From: Bryobacterales bacterium
GTDB lineage: Bacteria > Acidobacteriota > Terriglobia > Bryobacterales > UBA6623
DNA: 64,000 bases
Direction: 5' to 3'
Assembly: GCA_965219585.1 (NCBI GenBank)
Contig: CBDCOA010000003.1
Location: forward strand, 4,898,625-4,962,624
Positions 50,110 through 59,496 of the stretch are shown piece by piece. Both the position numbers and the translations under genes were made by a program. The notes under the pieces are model-generated. The model was not told the DNA's origin and made no database searches. It saw nothing but the letters and a program-made list of their open reading frames with translations. Numbering within the stretch: the first letter of the stretch is position 1; each line of letters begins with the position of its first letter.

Positions 50110-50511
50110 ATGGCAAATCCGAAGGGCAAGGGCAAGAAGCGCTTCAAGAGCCGCCAGAAGAAGAACGTGCCGGTCGCGATCGTGCACGTCCAGGCGACCT
50201 TCAACAACACGATCGTCACCTTCACCGATCTCGAGGGGCGCACGATCTCGTGGTCGAGCGCCGGCTCGCTGGGCTTTCGCGGGTCCCAGAAGGGCACGCC
50301 CTTCGCGGCGCAGCAGGCCAGCCTGACGGCCGCCAACGCGGCCAAGGAACACGGCGTGGGACGCGTCGCGGTGCGCGTGAAGGGGCCCGGCGGCGGGCGC
50401 GAATCGGCGATCCGCGCGCTTGCGACCGCGGGCATCCAGGTGACGCACATCAAGGACGTCACACCGATCCCGCACAACGGCTGCCGGCCGCCGAAGAAGC
50501 GCCGGGTCTGA
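50110..50511 (+). CDS. rpsK: 30S ribosomal protein S11
   Basis: 133 aa. Sequence ...[17 protein letters not shown]...SWSSAGS.GF.GS.K.TPFAAQ. Confidence 0.97.
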   Translation: MANPKGKGKKRFKSRQKKNVPVAIVHVQATFNNTIVTFTDLEGRTISWSSAGSLGFRGSQKGTPFAAQQASLTAANAAKEHGVGRVAVRVKGPGGGRESAIRALATAGIQVTHIKDVTPIPHNGCRPPKKRRV

Positions 50512-50527
50512 CGGCAGGGAGAATCGC

Positions 50528-51145
50528 ATGGCACGAAACCGAGGGCCGGTCGTGCGCCGTTCGCGGCGACTGGGCATGGCATTGGATCCGAAGTCGGAGC
50601 GCTTGCTCGACAAGCGCCCGTATGCGCCGGGCCAGCACGGCAAGACACAGCGCCCGCGCAAGATGCTCGGCTACGCCCTGCAGATGCAGGAGAAGCAGCG
50701 CGCGCGCTTCATGTATGATGTACTTGAGCGCCAGTTCCGCGGGTACTACGAGCGCGCCGCCCGGCAGCCGGGTGTCGTGGGCGACAACCTGCTGACGATG
50801 CTGGAGCGGCGCTTGGATAACGTGGTCTTCCGCATGGGCTTCGCCGTTTCGCGGCGCCAGGCCCGGCAGATCGTCAACCACGGTCACGTGCAGGTCAATG
50901 GCGGCAAGGTCGACATCCCCTCGTATCAGGTGGCGGACGGCGATGTTGTCGAGATTCGCGAGCGGAGCCGGGAGCACGGCGGCGTACGGCTAGCCTTGGA
51001 GGCGCCGGTTTCGGCGTCCCTGCCAGCGTGGCTGGAGCGGGCGTCGGACGGGCTCCGCGGGCGGGTGCTCGCAGCGCCGTCCAAAGAGGACCTCGAGAAC
51101 ACGCAGATCAACGCGCAATTGATCGTCGAGTTGTACTCGCGGTAG
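50528..51145 (+). CDS. rpsD: 30S ribosomal protein S4
   Basis: 205 aa. Sequence [16 protein letters not shown]...[29 protein letters not shown]. Confidence 0.97.
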   Translation: MARNRGPVVRRSRRLGMALDPKSERLLDKRPYAPGQHGKTQRPRKMLGYALQMQEKQRARFMYDVLERQFRGYYERAARQPGVVGDNLLTMLERRLDNVVFRMGFAVSRRQARQIVNHGHVQVNGGKVDIPSYQVADGDVVEIRERSREHGGVRLALEAPVSASLPAWLERASDGLRGRVLAAPSKEDLENTQINAQLIVELYSR

Positions 51146-51197
51146 CGCCTGGGCAGTCCAGGTCGCAAGCGCAGAGGAAGGGAGAGGCAGACATCAG

Positions 51198-52193
51198 ATG
51201 TTGTGGAAAGGATTCCAGAAGCCGAAACGCCTAGCGGTCAACTCGGACTCCCTCAACGAGAAGTACGGCAGCTTCAGCGCCCAGCCGTTCGAGCGGGGCT
51301 TCGGGACGACCATCGGCAATTCGCTGCGGCGGGCGCTGCTGAGCTCGATCGAGGGCGCGGCGATCACCGCGGTCCGCATCGAGGGCGTTTCCCACGAGTT
51401 CAGCTCGATCCCGGGCGTTGTCGAGGACGCGTCGGATATCATCCTGAACCTGAAGCAGATCCCTCTGCAACTCCACGGCGAGGGCGCGCGCACGATCCGG
51501 CTGCGCGTCACCGAGCCGGGCGACGTGACCAGCGGGGCGATCGAGGCGGACTCGGGCGTGGTGATCTTGGACCCGAACGTCCATATCGCCACGATCAACG
51601 ACGAGGCCGTCTTGGATATCGAGATGCGCGTCCGGATAGGGCGCGGGTACGTCTCGGCCGAGAAGAACTACGAAGAGGATCTGGCGGTGGACTTCATTCC
51701 GATCGATTCCGTCCATTCGCCGGTTCACCGGGTCAAGTACGGAGTCGAGCAGGCGCGCCTCGGCCAGACGACTGACTTCGAGAAGCTGAACCTCGAGTTG
51801 TGGACCAACGGCGCGGTGACGCCGCAGGATGCGATCGGCCTGGCCGCGAAGCTGCTGAAAGATCACATGCAGATCTTCATCAACTTCGAGGAGGATGCCG
51901 CGCTGGAAGACGTGCTGCCGGAGGCCGAGGGCGATCTCACGGCTGAGCACTTCAACAAGTCGATCGAGGATCTCGAACTGTCAGTGCGGTCGTTCAACTG
52001 CCTGAAGAACGCCAACATCCAGACGATCGGGGACCTGGTGGTGCGCACCGAGAGCGACATGATGCGCGTGAAGAACTTCGGCCGCAAGTCGCTGTTGGAG
52101 ATCAGCGACATCTTGCATTCGATGGGCTTGGAGTTCGGCATGTTGCAGGACGAGCGCGGACGGCTGGTTCCGCGGCAGTCCAGCGAAGGGTAG
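51198..52193 (+). CDS. rpoA: DNA-directed RNA polymerase subunit alpha
   Basis: 331 aa. Sequence [45 protein letters not shown]-terminal domain [23 protein letters not shown]. Confidence 0.97.
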   Translation: MLWKGFQKPKRLAVNSDSLNEKYGSFSAQPFERGFGTTIGNSLRRALLSSIEGAAITAVRIEGVSHEFSSIPGVVEDASDIILNLKQIPLQLHGEGARTIRLRVTEPGDVTSGAIEADSGVVILDPNVHIATINDEAVLDIEMRVRIGRGYVSAEKNYEEDLAVDFIPIDSVHSPVHRVKYGVEQARLGQTTDFEKLNLELWTNGAVTPQDAIGLAAKLLKDHMQIFINFEEDAALEDVLPEAEGDLTAEHFNKSIEDLELSVRSFNCLKNANIQTIGDLVVRTESDMMRVKNFGRKSLLEISDILHSMGLEFGMLQDERGRLVPRQSSEG

Positions 52194-52212
52194 AGAGCGG
52201 GGAGCCACGGCG

Positions 52213-52725
52213 ATGAGGCACAGGAAGGGCGGCTTCAAGCTGCAGCGCAACCCCTCGGCGCGACGCGCATTGCTGCGCGGCTTGACCACGAGCTTGATCT
52301 TGCACGAGCGGATCGAGACGACGGTCACGAAAGCGAAGGCCGTGCGGCCCAGGGTGGAGCAGGTGATCACGCTGGCCAAGCGCGACACGTTGCACGCCCG
52401 CCGTCAGGCGGCCGCATATCTGTTTGAGCCGAAGGCGGTGAAGAAGCTGTTCGACACGATCGGCCCGCGTTTCGCGGACCGCCAGGGCGGCTATACGCGC
52501 ATCATGCGCTTGGGCACCAGATCCGGCGACGGCGCCGAGACGGCCATTTTGGAACTGCTCGGAGCCCAGTTGGAGAAAAAGGCCGAGACCAAGCGGAAGC
52601 GGCGGGAGTCGCGCATGAAGCAGGAATCTGAGGCTGCGGCCGAGACCGCGGCGGAGCCCGTCGAAGCGGCCGAGGCTGCGCCGGAAGCCGGAGCGCCCGA
52701 CTCCGAAGACAAGCCCAAGGATTGA
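52213..52725 (+). CDS. rplQ: 50S ribosomal protein L17 (acidic/Ala-rich C-terminal extension)
   Basis: 170 aa. Sequence [40 protein letters not shown]. Confidence 0.96.
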   Translation: MRHRKGGFKLQRNPSARRALLRGLTTSLILHERIETTVTKAKAVRPRVEQVITLAKRDTLHARRQAAAYLFEPKAVKKLFDTIGPRFADRQGGYTRIMRLGTRSGDGAETAILELLGAQLEKKAETKRKRRESRMKQESEAAAETAAEPVEAAEAAPEAGAPDSEDKPKD

Positions 52726-53801
52726 CGCCGTTGGCGCTATCGGGGACCCTCTCCTGCCAGCTGCCGAGGGCAGGTGCAGCGCCCGCTGCGCTCGTTTGCC
52801 TGCTGGCGTGGCCGGCCTGCCAACAGCCCGGCGGGGAGGAGCTCGTGGCCGAGGTCAATGGCGAGCGGATCACGTCCGCCGACCTGGACCGCTACCGCTG
52901 GTCGAAGTTGCCGGACAGCCAAGAGCTGGCCGAGCCGGCCGATGCCGGCCAGGAGACCTCGCAACGCTTCGCGCTATTGCGCGAATTGATCGACCAACGG
53001 ATGCTCGTGCAGCGCGCGGCCGACCTGGGCTTGGTCGCGACCGACGCGGAGGTTGACGCGGTCGTAGAACGCCACGTGGTCGAATATGGCACGCAAGCGG
53101 CCCTAGAGGGGTTTCTCGACGACAAGGGGCTGTCTCTTGGTGACTTCCGGACGGAACTGCGCCACAGGCTGACCATCGAGCGGCTGATCCAAGCCGAGAT
53201 TTCCTCTCGCGTGCAGGTCGGCGCGGACGAGATGCGGGAGTACTACGACAGCCACGAGAGCGCCTTCTCCGTGTACGAGGAGCAGATGCACTTGGCTCAG
53301 ATCCTTGTCTCCGCCTCGCCGGTGTCGCCGGTCCCGAACCTGCGCAACGATGACGCCACGGGACCCGACGCGGCGCGCGAGAAGATCGAGTGGATTCGCG
53401 AAGAGCTTGCGAGCGGGGCTGACTTTGAAACGATGGCGCGGGAATACTCCGAAGACCCGATCTATGCCGCCACTGGGGGCGATATGGGCTTCATTCCGCA
53501 GTCGGCCCTGGAATCGACCGACATCCGCCTGAGACGCGAGATGGTCGTGTTGAAGCCGGGCGAGTATTCGAAGATCGTGGAGACGGACGGCGAGTTCCGC
53601 ATCCTGCACCTGATCTCGATCGAGCCCGCAGGGCAGCGCCCGTTCGAAGACGAAGACGTGCAGCGCTCGATCCGGTCCGTGCTGATGAATCGCAAGGAGC
53701 AGGTGCTGCGGGCGGCATTCTACGAGGTCGAGCGCAATCGAGCCACGATTCGAAACTATCTCGCCGAACGGATCACGGCCGAGTACGGCGTGGCGAACTG
53801 A
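52722..53801 (+). CDS. SurA/PrsA-like parvulin peptidyl-prolyl isomerase, exported (start uncertain)
   Basis: 359 aa from TTG 52722. N-terminal chaperone-like domain, then a PpiC-type segment HLAQILV...[40 protein letters not shown]...[20 protein letters not shown]. Confidence 0.75.
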   Translation: MTPLALSGTLSCQLPRAGAAPAALVCLLAWPACQQPGGEELVAEVNGERITSADLDRYRWSKLPDSQELAEPADAGQETSQRFALLRELIDQRMLVQRAADLGLVATDAEVDAVVERHVVEYGTQAALEGFLDDKGLSLGDFRTELRHRLTIERLIQAEISSRVQVGADEMREYYDSHESAFSVYEEQMHLAQILVSASPVSPVPNLRNDDATGPDAAREKIEWIREELASGADFETMAREYSEDPIYAATGGDMGFIPQSALESTDIRLRREMVVLKPGEYSKIVETDGEFRILHLISIEPAGQRPFEDEDVQRSIRSVLMNRKEQVLRAAFYEVERNRATIRNYLAERITAEYGVAN

Positions 53802-53844
53802 GCTTCCGCGGCTGTCGCGGGAGCGTGATATACTCCCATCTCCG

Positions 53845-54432
53845 GTGCATGTCGCAGACGGCATTCTACCAGTCGCCGGCTGCGTCGCCGCGCATGTGGC
53901 GAGTGGCGCCTGGCTGGGCCTAAGTTGCCGCAAGGTCGAAGTCGCGGAGGCTTCCAAGATGGGGCTCGGCGCTGCGGCGGCGTTCGTTGTGTCGCTGATT
54001 CAGTTCCCGGTGCTGGGCGTTCCGATGCATCTGGGCCTATACGGGCTGCTTGGCATCGTGCTGGGGCGCAGGGCGTTTCCGGCGCTGTATGCCAGCCTGT
54101 TGTTCCAGGCCCTGCTGCTCCAGCACGGCGGGCTGCTGTCGCTCGGCGTAAATGCCGTGAACATGGGCTCGGGCACCCTGATCGGCTGGGGGACGTGGCG
54201 GCTTTCGCGGGTGCCGCCGGCCGCTCGCGCCGCCGCCGGGGGCTTTCTCGGAGCCATGGTCCCCGTGCTGCTGCTGGCGTGGGAGTTCAAGCTGGCGGAC
54301 TACGGGCGCGGCTTGTTCGCTGTGGCCGCGGTTCTGGCCTCCGTGGCCGTGCTGGAAGCGGCCGTGACACTCTTGGCGGTAGGGTTTTTCGAGCGCGTGA
54401 AGCCCGAGATCTTGCTGCCGGAGCAACCATGA
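53845..54432 (+). CDS. cbiM: ECF-type cobalt/nickel transporter substrate-capture component CbiM/NikM
   Basis: GTG start giving N-terminus MHVADGILP, the conserved Met-His metal-binding N-terminus. Multi-TM, 195 aa. Confidence 0.8.
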   Translation: MHVADGILPVAGCVAAHVASGAWLGLSCRKVEVAEASKMGLGAAAAFVVSLIQFPVLGVPMHLGLYGLLGIVLGRRAFPALYASLLFQALLLQHGGLLSLGVNAVNMGSGTLIGWGTWRLSRVPPAARAAAGGFLGAMVPVLLLAWEFKLADYGRGLFAVAAVLASVAVLEAAVTLLAVGFFERVKPEILLPEQP

Positions 54433-54863
54433 GCGGCCGGACTGCCCTGATCGCGGCAGTGGGTCTCTTGCTGCCGGCGGGGGCGAGCGCCCATGGCTTG
54501 ACGGCTGAACTCATTCCCTCGCAGCGGGCCGTGACTGTGAAATGCTCCTATACCAACGGCGATCCGGCCGAGGCGGAGGTATTGGTCAAGTCCCCGTCTG
54601 ACGCCACCAGCTACTTCGCGATCATTCGCACCGATCCGTCCGGGGTGGCGCACTTCGAGCCCGACGTTGCCGGGAGGTGGATCTTGACCGCGGACGATGG
54701 CTTGGGCCATCGGGCCAGCTTGGAATTCAGCGTGGACGGCGACGGTGTCGTCCGGAGCGTGGAGGGCGGAGCCGGTCCGCTCGTCCGCTACGCGCTGCTG
54801 GCGCTAGCCTGCACGGGGCTATTGGCCTGGTGGCTGCTGCTCAAGCGCAGGGTGAGCGCATGA
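54429..54863 (+). CDS. accessory exported component of the Cbi/Nik transporter (signal peptide + beta-sandwich + C-terminal TM anchor); not a canonical CbiN
   Basis: ATG 54429 overlaps the cbiM stop (ATGA). Sequence MSGRTALIAAVGLLLPAGASA-HGL...; the mature N-terminal His resembles DUF4198/NikK-type proteins. The C-terminus LLALACTGLLAWWLLLKRR is a TM anchor. Confidence 0.5.
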   Translation: MSGRTALIAAVGLLLPAGASAHGLTAELIPSQRAVTVKCSYTNGDPAEAEVLVKSPSDATSYFAIIRTDPSGVAHFEPDVAGRWILTADDGLGHRASLEFSVDGDGVVRSVEGGAGPLVRYALLALACTGLLAWWLLLKRRVSA

Positions 54864-55570
54864 GGCCGTTCGACGCCGCCCTTGCGGCACCCGCCTCTCC
54901 GCTCGCGGCGGCGGACCCGCTCGTCAAGCTGAGCGCGGCGCTGTGCGCGGTGCTGGTGATTTCGACCTTCCGGCCCGGCGTTGACTGGCGCTGCCTCGCG
55001 GCCATCGGGATTCTGGCCGCGTTGTGGCTGGCGGCGCGCGTGCCGGCGCTGTACGTAGTCCGGCGGCTCCTCGTGGCGACGCCGTTCATCGCGATGGCTG
55101 CGGCCCTGCCCCTCGCTGCCAGCCTGCCGCAGGGCGGGGCGGTATCCTTCGCGGTCGTGTGGAAGGCCTATTCCGCCATTCTGCTGCTGTCGTTACTGGC
55201 GGCAACCACACCCGTCGAGGACGTTGTCGACTCCTTGCGCAGGCTAGGAGTGCCTAGGGGCTTCGCCTTGACAGTGGTGCTGATGCACCGCTATCTGTTC
55301 GTGCTGCTCGAGGAGTGGCGGGGAATCGCCCGGGCGCGCGAATGCCGGACTGGCGGCACCGTTAGGGTCGGTCGCGTTCGCATGCTTGCCATTCAGGTCG
55401 CGATGGTGTTCGTGAGGGGCTGGGACCGCTCCCAGCGAGTGGCGCAAGCCTTGGTGACGCGGGGCTTTCAGGGAGATTTCCCGCGCCCCGGACGGCCGCG
55501 GCCATCCCTGAGCCAGATCGGTTGCGGCGTGGCGCTGCCGCTCGCGATCGGGCTGTTACGGATTGCGTAG
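54860..55570 (+). CDS. cbiQ: ECF transporter transmembrane (T) component CbiQ/EcfT
   Basis: ATG 54860 overlaps the upstream stop (ATGA). 236 aa, multi-TM, with ...VLMHRYLFVLLEEWRGIARARECR typical of CbiQ. Confidence 0.75.
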   Translation: MRPFDAALAAPASPLAAADPLVKLSAALCAVLVISTFRPGVDWRCLAAIGILAALWLAARVPALYVVRRLLVATPFIAMAAALPLAASLPQGGAVSFAVVWKAYSAILLLSLLAATTPVEDVVDSLRRLGVPRGFALTVVLMHRYLFVLLEEWRGIARARECRTGGTVRVGRVRMLAIQVAMVFVRGWDRSQRVAQALVTRGFQGDFPRPGRPRPSLSQIGCGVALPLAIGLLRIA

Positions 55571-56377
55571 GTCCAGGCGGCGCGCCCAGATGTTGCGGTA
55601 GCGCACTGGGTTGCCGTGTGCCTGCAGCAGCACGCCCAGCTCTGCTTCGTGCGGAGTGTACTCGCTAATCCTGCGGGGCCGCATGGGCCCCATCAGTTTC
55701 TTGCGGTGGTGCAGCAGCACGCCGTTGTGGAACACGGTGACGAACGCCGGCTTCTCCAACTTGTCGCCATCGAAACGCGGCGCCTCGAAGATGATGTCGT
55801 ATGTCTGCCACTCGCCCGGCTTGCGCGACGCGTTGACCATTGGCGGGTATTGCCCGTAGATCGCTCCCGCCTGGCCGTCGGCATAGCTGATGTTGTCGTA
55901 CGAATCCAGGACCTGGATCTCGTAGAGTCCCATGATCAAAATGCCGCTGTTTCCGCGCTGTTGGCTGTTTCCGCGCGGCTCGGCTGGAGTGGCCCACTCG
56001 ATATGCAGCTGCACGTCGCCGAACTTCTGCTTGGTGAGGTGGCTGCCGGTGCCGGGCACGACCTCCATGTATCCGTTCTCGACCTTCCAAGTCGGCGCCG
56101 AAGTCTCGCCGCGCTTGCGCTCGAGCCAGTTCGACAAGTCGCGGCCATCGAAGAGCACGATCGCGTCCGATGGCGGCAGGCCCGGCTTGGACTGCGTGCT
56201 GGCCGTGCCGGGCTCGACTACGCGAGGCCGTGGCCTGGCGTCGTCGTGCACGCGCCAGCGATCGCCGGGCAAGAACGGCGTGTCGGTGTAGCCGGTCGGG
56301 GCCGGGCGACCGTCGTTGTCGGCCGCTGTGGCCACGGCCAGCATGCTGAACAGTGCAATGGCGATGCTTCTCTTCAT
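55556..56377 (-). CDS. DUF1080 (3-keto-disaccharide hydrolase-like) family secreted protein
   Basis: 273 aa. Signal peptide MKRSIAIALFSMLAVATA. Sequence ...LFDG.DLSNW.....W.VENGYMEV....G.L.T...FGD.QLHIEW......GNSGI.I.G.YE.QVLDS. Confidence 0.8.
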   Translation of the reverse strand: MKRSIAIALFSMLAVATAADNDGRPAPTGYTDTPFLPGDRWRVHDDARPRPRVVEPGTASTQSKPGLPPSDAIVLFDGRDLSNWLERKRGETSAPTWKVENGYMEVVPGTGSHLTKQKFGDVQLHIEWATPAEPRGNSQQRGNSGILIMGLYEIQVLDSYDNISYADGQAGAIYGQYPPMVNASRKPGEWQTYDIIFEAPRFDGDKLEKPAFVTVFHNGVLLHHRKKLMGPMRPRRISEYTPHEAELGVLLQAHGNPVRYRNIWARRLDLRNP

Positions 56378-56380
56378 GGG

Positions 56381-56395
56381 AGTCTCTCAGAGACT
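56381..56395. promoter_or_regulatory. perfect 7-1-7 palindrome AGTCTCT-C-AGAGACT immediately upstream of the DUF1080 start codon
   Basis: Read directly from the sequence. It lies 4 nt upstream of ATG 56377 (minus-strand gene), over the expected RBS. Confidence 0.35.
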
Positions 56396-56401
56396 ACAGT
56401 A

Positions 56402-56427
56402 TTCCACAAGACAGCCTTCCACAAGAC
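56402..56427. repeat. two direct copies of TTCCACAAGAC spaced 15 bp start-to-start in a divergent intergenic region
   Basis: 56402-56412 and 56417-56427 are identical 11-mers. Candidate regulator binding site. Confidence 0.35.
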
Positions 56428-56468
56428 CGGGCCGGAGCATACCCGGTCTGATAGACTGCCTGAGTCGT

Positions 56469-56717
56469 ATGCAACCGCCACGCACTGAGGACAGCTTGGT
56501 GACCGTGTTCTCTTCAAGGAGCCATTTGGCCAATGTCGAGGCAGAAGTCATTCAGTCGCTGCTCGAATCAGTCGGAATCAAGTGCTGGCTGGCACGGGAG
56601 AACGTAATCCAGCAACCGGTAGGCAACGTGTTGGTGAAAGTGCTGGAGTCCAATGCCGACGATGCGAAGGCCCTGCTGCGCGACGCCGTGGCGGCGTCCG
56701 AGGCCGACGAGCCATGA
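56469..56717 (+). CDS. DUF2007-like small protein (putative signal-transducing domain)
   Basis: ATG 56469 lies within ORF 56316..56717. 82 aa. Sequence LVTVFSSRSHLANVEAEVIQSLLESVGIKCWLARENV...VLVKVLESNADDAKALL. Confidence 0.55.
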   Translation: MQPPRTEDSLVTVFSSRSHLANVEAEVIQSLLESVGIKCWLARENVIQQPVGNVLVKVLESNADDAKALLRDAVAASEADEP

Positions 56718-58345
56718 ACCGTACCGCGCAATGGCTGGCTTGGGTGTGCGCGCTGGCAGCGTTGGCGCTGGCGGTGGCTTTGACCCGACCAAGCCGTGAG
56801 CTTCCGCCACGGCTGGTAGTGCTGCTTGCGATCGACCAGCTGCGCGCCGACTACATCACTCGATTCGAGTCGCACTACAGCGGGGGACTGGGCTGGCTGC
56901 TGGAGCACGGGGCCTACTTCACCGACTCCTGGTATCGGCACTCCGGCACGGTGACCGGCGCTGGGCACGCGACGGTCGCGACGGGCATGCATCCGTCCAC
57001 CCACGGAATCGTGGGCAACTCTTGGCGGGAAGCGGGCAAGGGCTCGATCTATTGCGTGAGTGATGACCGGCATGCCGCGGTGGGCGGCCCCGGCGACGGC
57101 GCCTCGCCGCACGCGCTGTTGGCGGACACGCTGGGCGACAGGCTCAAGGCGAGCAGCCCGGAATCCGTAGTCTACTCGCTGTCGACCAAGGATCGCTCGG
57201 CCGTGCTGCTGGGAGGGCGGCGCGCCGATGGCGCCTTCTGGTATAGCCGAGATTGCGGCTGCCTCGTCTCGTCGACGTACTACGGTGGCGCGCTTCCGGA
57301 TTGGCTGCGGGAATTCAACGACACTGGGCCGGCCTCGTCCTATGCGGGGCGTGACTGGACCAGGCTCGGGGATGATATCGCACTCTACGAACGGCTGGCG
57401 CGCGCGGATTCCTTCCCGACCGAAGGCGGAGGCACAGACAGCGTGTTTCCGCACAGCCTCGGCGACACGGGCTTTGAATCCGCGCTGATCAGGACCCCGT
57501 TCTCGGATGAAATCGTCTTGGATGCGGCGCTGGCAGCCGTCCGCTCGGGCGAGCTCGGCGCTGATGCAGCTCCCGACCTGCTCGCGATCGGTCTCTCGGC
57601 GACAGACGCGATCGGGCACAGGTACGGCCCGTTCAGTCAGGAGGCGATGGACAACCACTTGCGCCTGGACCGTCGATTAGGGCAGTTTCTGTCTGTCTTG
57701 GATGAGGAGGTGGGCTTGGAGCGGGTCGCGATCGGTTTGACCGCGGACCACGGCGCGCTCCCGCTGGTGGAACAGCTGGCTGCCGAAGGGGTTGACGCCC
57801 TGCGGCTGTCCACCGAGGAATTCTGGGATGCGGCCCGGCCCGGGATCGAATCGTGCGGGTCCGGCGGCATGGCGGAGATCGTCGACAGTGCCGGGGGCCG
57901 CAATCTCTATTGGAACGAGGCCGGATTGTCGGCGCGGGGCGTGTCGCGGCTCGACGCCAGCCGGTGCGTGGCCGAGCTGCTGCTGTCGCAGCCCGTCGTC
58001 GAGGAAGTTTGGACTGCCGAGCAGCTCGCCGCCGGCGGCGGCCGCGGCGTTGCGCTGCTGTTTGAGAATTCTTACTTCGCATCGCGCTCTCCGCACTTGC
58101 AGGTGCAGTTTCGCCCCCACGTCTATCCGGGCGGGTCCACCGGCACCGGCCACGGCACAGCGCACGACTACGATCGCCGCGTGCCCGTGCTGCTGGCGGG
58201 ATCCGGCATCGTGCCGGGACGCTATCGCGACGTGGCGGGGCCGGAAGACGTGGCTCCCACGCTGGGGGCCGTTCTGGGACTGGACATGAGCGTCGAGCGC
58301 GACACCCGCGTGTTGCGGGAGGCGCTGCTCCGCCGTAGCGAATGA
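56714..58345 (+). CDS. alkaline-phosphatase-superfamily phosphodiesterase/phosphatase, exported
   Basis: ATG 56714 overlaps the upstream stop (ATGA). Signal/anchor WLAWVCALAALALAVAL. Sequence LLAIDQLRADY...TVTGAGHATVATGMHPSTHGIVGNSW and GLTADHG. Confidence 0.7.
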   Translation: MNRTAQWLAWVCALAALALAVALTRPSRELPPRLVVLLAIDQLRADYITRFESHYSGGLGWLLEHGAYFTDSWYRHSGTVTGAGHATVATGMHPSTHGIVGNSWREAGKGSIYCVSDDRHAAVGGPGDGASPHALLADTLGDRLKASSPESVVYSLSTKDRSAVLLGGRRADGAFWYSRDCGCLVSSTYYGGALPDWLREFNDTGPASSYAGRDWTRLGDDIALYERLARADSFPTEGGGTDSVFPHSLGDTGFESALIRTPFSDEIVLDAALAAVRSGELGADAAPDLLAIGLSATDAIGHRYGPFSQEAMDNHLRLDRRLGQFLSVLDEEVGLERVAIGLTADHGALPLVEQLAAEGVDALRLSTEEFWDAARPGIESCGSGGMAEIVDSAGGRNLYWNEAGLSARGVSRLDASRCVAELLLSQPVVEEVWTAEQLAAGGGRGVALLFENSYFASRSPHLQVQFRPHVYPGGSTGTGHGTAHDYDRRVPVLLAGSGIVPGRYRDVAGPEDVAPTLGAVLGLDMSVERDTRVLREALLRRSE

Positions 58346-59496
58346 TGCCGGTCCGATGGCGCAAGGGCGCCCGCGGCCCGTCAGAGCGCGCGACGTTCCG
58401 CGATCCCGAGACCGGGGTTCGCGTGCATCGCCTGACCGATCACGCCTCGATCAGCCATCCCACCTACTTCTTGCAGTGCTCGTTCACTCCGGACCAGTCC
58501 GGTGTGCTGTTCACCGGCTACCGCAGCGGCACGGCGCAGCTGTTCACGGCGGGGTTTCAGGACGGGGAGATCCGCCAGTTGACGGATGGTGCGGCGATCC
58601 ATCCGTTCTCGGCACTGATGGCGTCCGACGGCGCGATCCTTTTCGTGAGGGCGGGCTCGATTTGGCGGCTCGAGCCCGACAGCTTGGAGGAGAGTTTGAT
58701 CCTCGAAAGCGGCGGGCAGCTGGGCGAGTGTTCCCTCAGCGCCGACGGAGAGTGGTATGTGGCCGCCTGCAAGCGCCCGGACGGCTGGGGCCTGGTCGTT
58801 GGCACGCTGGACGGCAGGGCGAGCGGATTCATCGAATTCCCGCGCACGGTCATCCACCCGCAGTTCAATCCCGTGAATCCCGAGTGGATCGAATTCGCCG
58901 GCGATCCGGCGCCGCGCATGCACCGCGTGCGCCGCGACGGCACCGGCATGGAGTGCCTCCACGAGCACGGCAATGACGAGTTCATCGTGCACGAGACGTT
59001 CTTGGGGCAGCGCGAGGACTTGGTGTTCTGCGTCTGGCCGTTCGCGCTCCGGCGCCTGGATTGGCACAGCGGCGAAATTTCGACCGTCAGCGAGTTCAAC
59101 GCTTGGCACATCACGCCGAATCGGGCCGGCACGCAGGTTCTGTGCGACACGGCGCATCCCGACATCGGGCTGCAGCTCGTTGACGTGGCCAGCGGGTCGC
59201 GCAGGCAGCTGTGCCGATCCGGGGCGAGCTCGCAAGGCACGCAGTGGCACCTGTCGCGCTACGCACTGGCTGAAGACTGGGAGCGGGCGCGCGCGGCTGC
59301 TGACAAGCGGCAGTCGCTGAGTTGGATGGAGATGGCCGCAGACAGCGTGTACGGGCCCCAGTGGACACATCCCCATCCATCGTTCTCCCGCGACGAGACG
59401 ATGGTCGTCTTCGCAAGTGACATGTCGGGCTGCACCCAGGTCTACGTGGCAGAGATCGCGGAGCGGGCTTCGCGCTCAGTTGGCGAGGTTGAATAG
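58342..59496 (+). CDS. TolB-like beta-propeller protein (oligogalacturonate-lyase-family-like; tentative)
   Basis: ATGA overlap with the upstream gene. N-terminus FRDPETGVRVHRLTDHASISHPTYFLQCSFTPDQSGVLFTGYRSGTAQLF resembles that family. Confidence 0.5.
   Translation: MMPVRWRKGARGPSERATFRDPETGVRVHRLTDHASISHPTYFLQCSFTPDQSGVLFTGYRSGTAQLFTAGFQDGEIRQLTDGAAIHPFSALMASDGAILFVRAGSIWRLEPDSLEESLILESGGQLGECSLSADGEWYVAACKRPDGWGLVVGTLDGRASGFIEFPRTVIHPQFNPVNPEWIEFAGDPAPRMHRVRRDGTGMECLHEHGNDEFIVHETFLGQREDLVFCVWPFALRRLDWHSGEISTVSEFNAWHITPNRAGTQVLCDTAHPDIGLQLVDVASGSRRQLCRSGASSQGTQWHLSRYALAEDWERARAAADKRQSLSWMEMAADSVYGPQWTHPHPSFSRDETMVVFASDMSGCTQVYVAEIAERASRSVGEVE

Noticed and set aside
55556-55570. Convergent 3' overlaps (cbiQ/DUF1080 by 15 bp; beta-propeller/tatD at 59476-59496 by 21 bp) as a regulatory antisense device
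   Set aside because: Short convergent overlaps are common in compact high-GC genomes. No additional structure or motif supports a special role.
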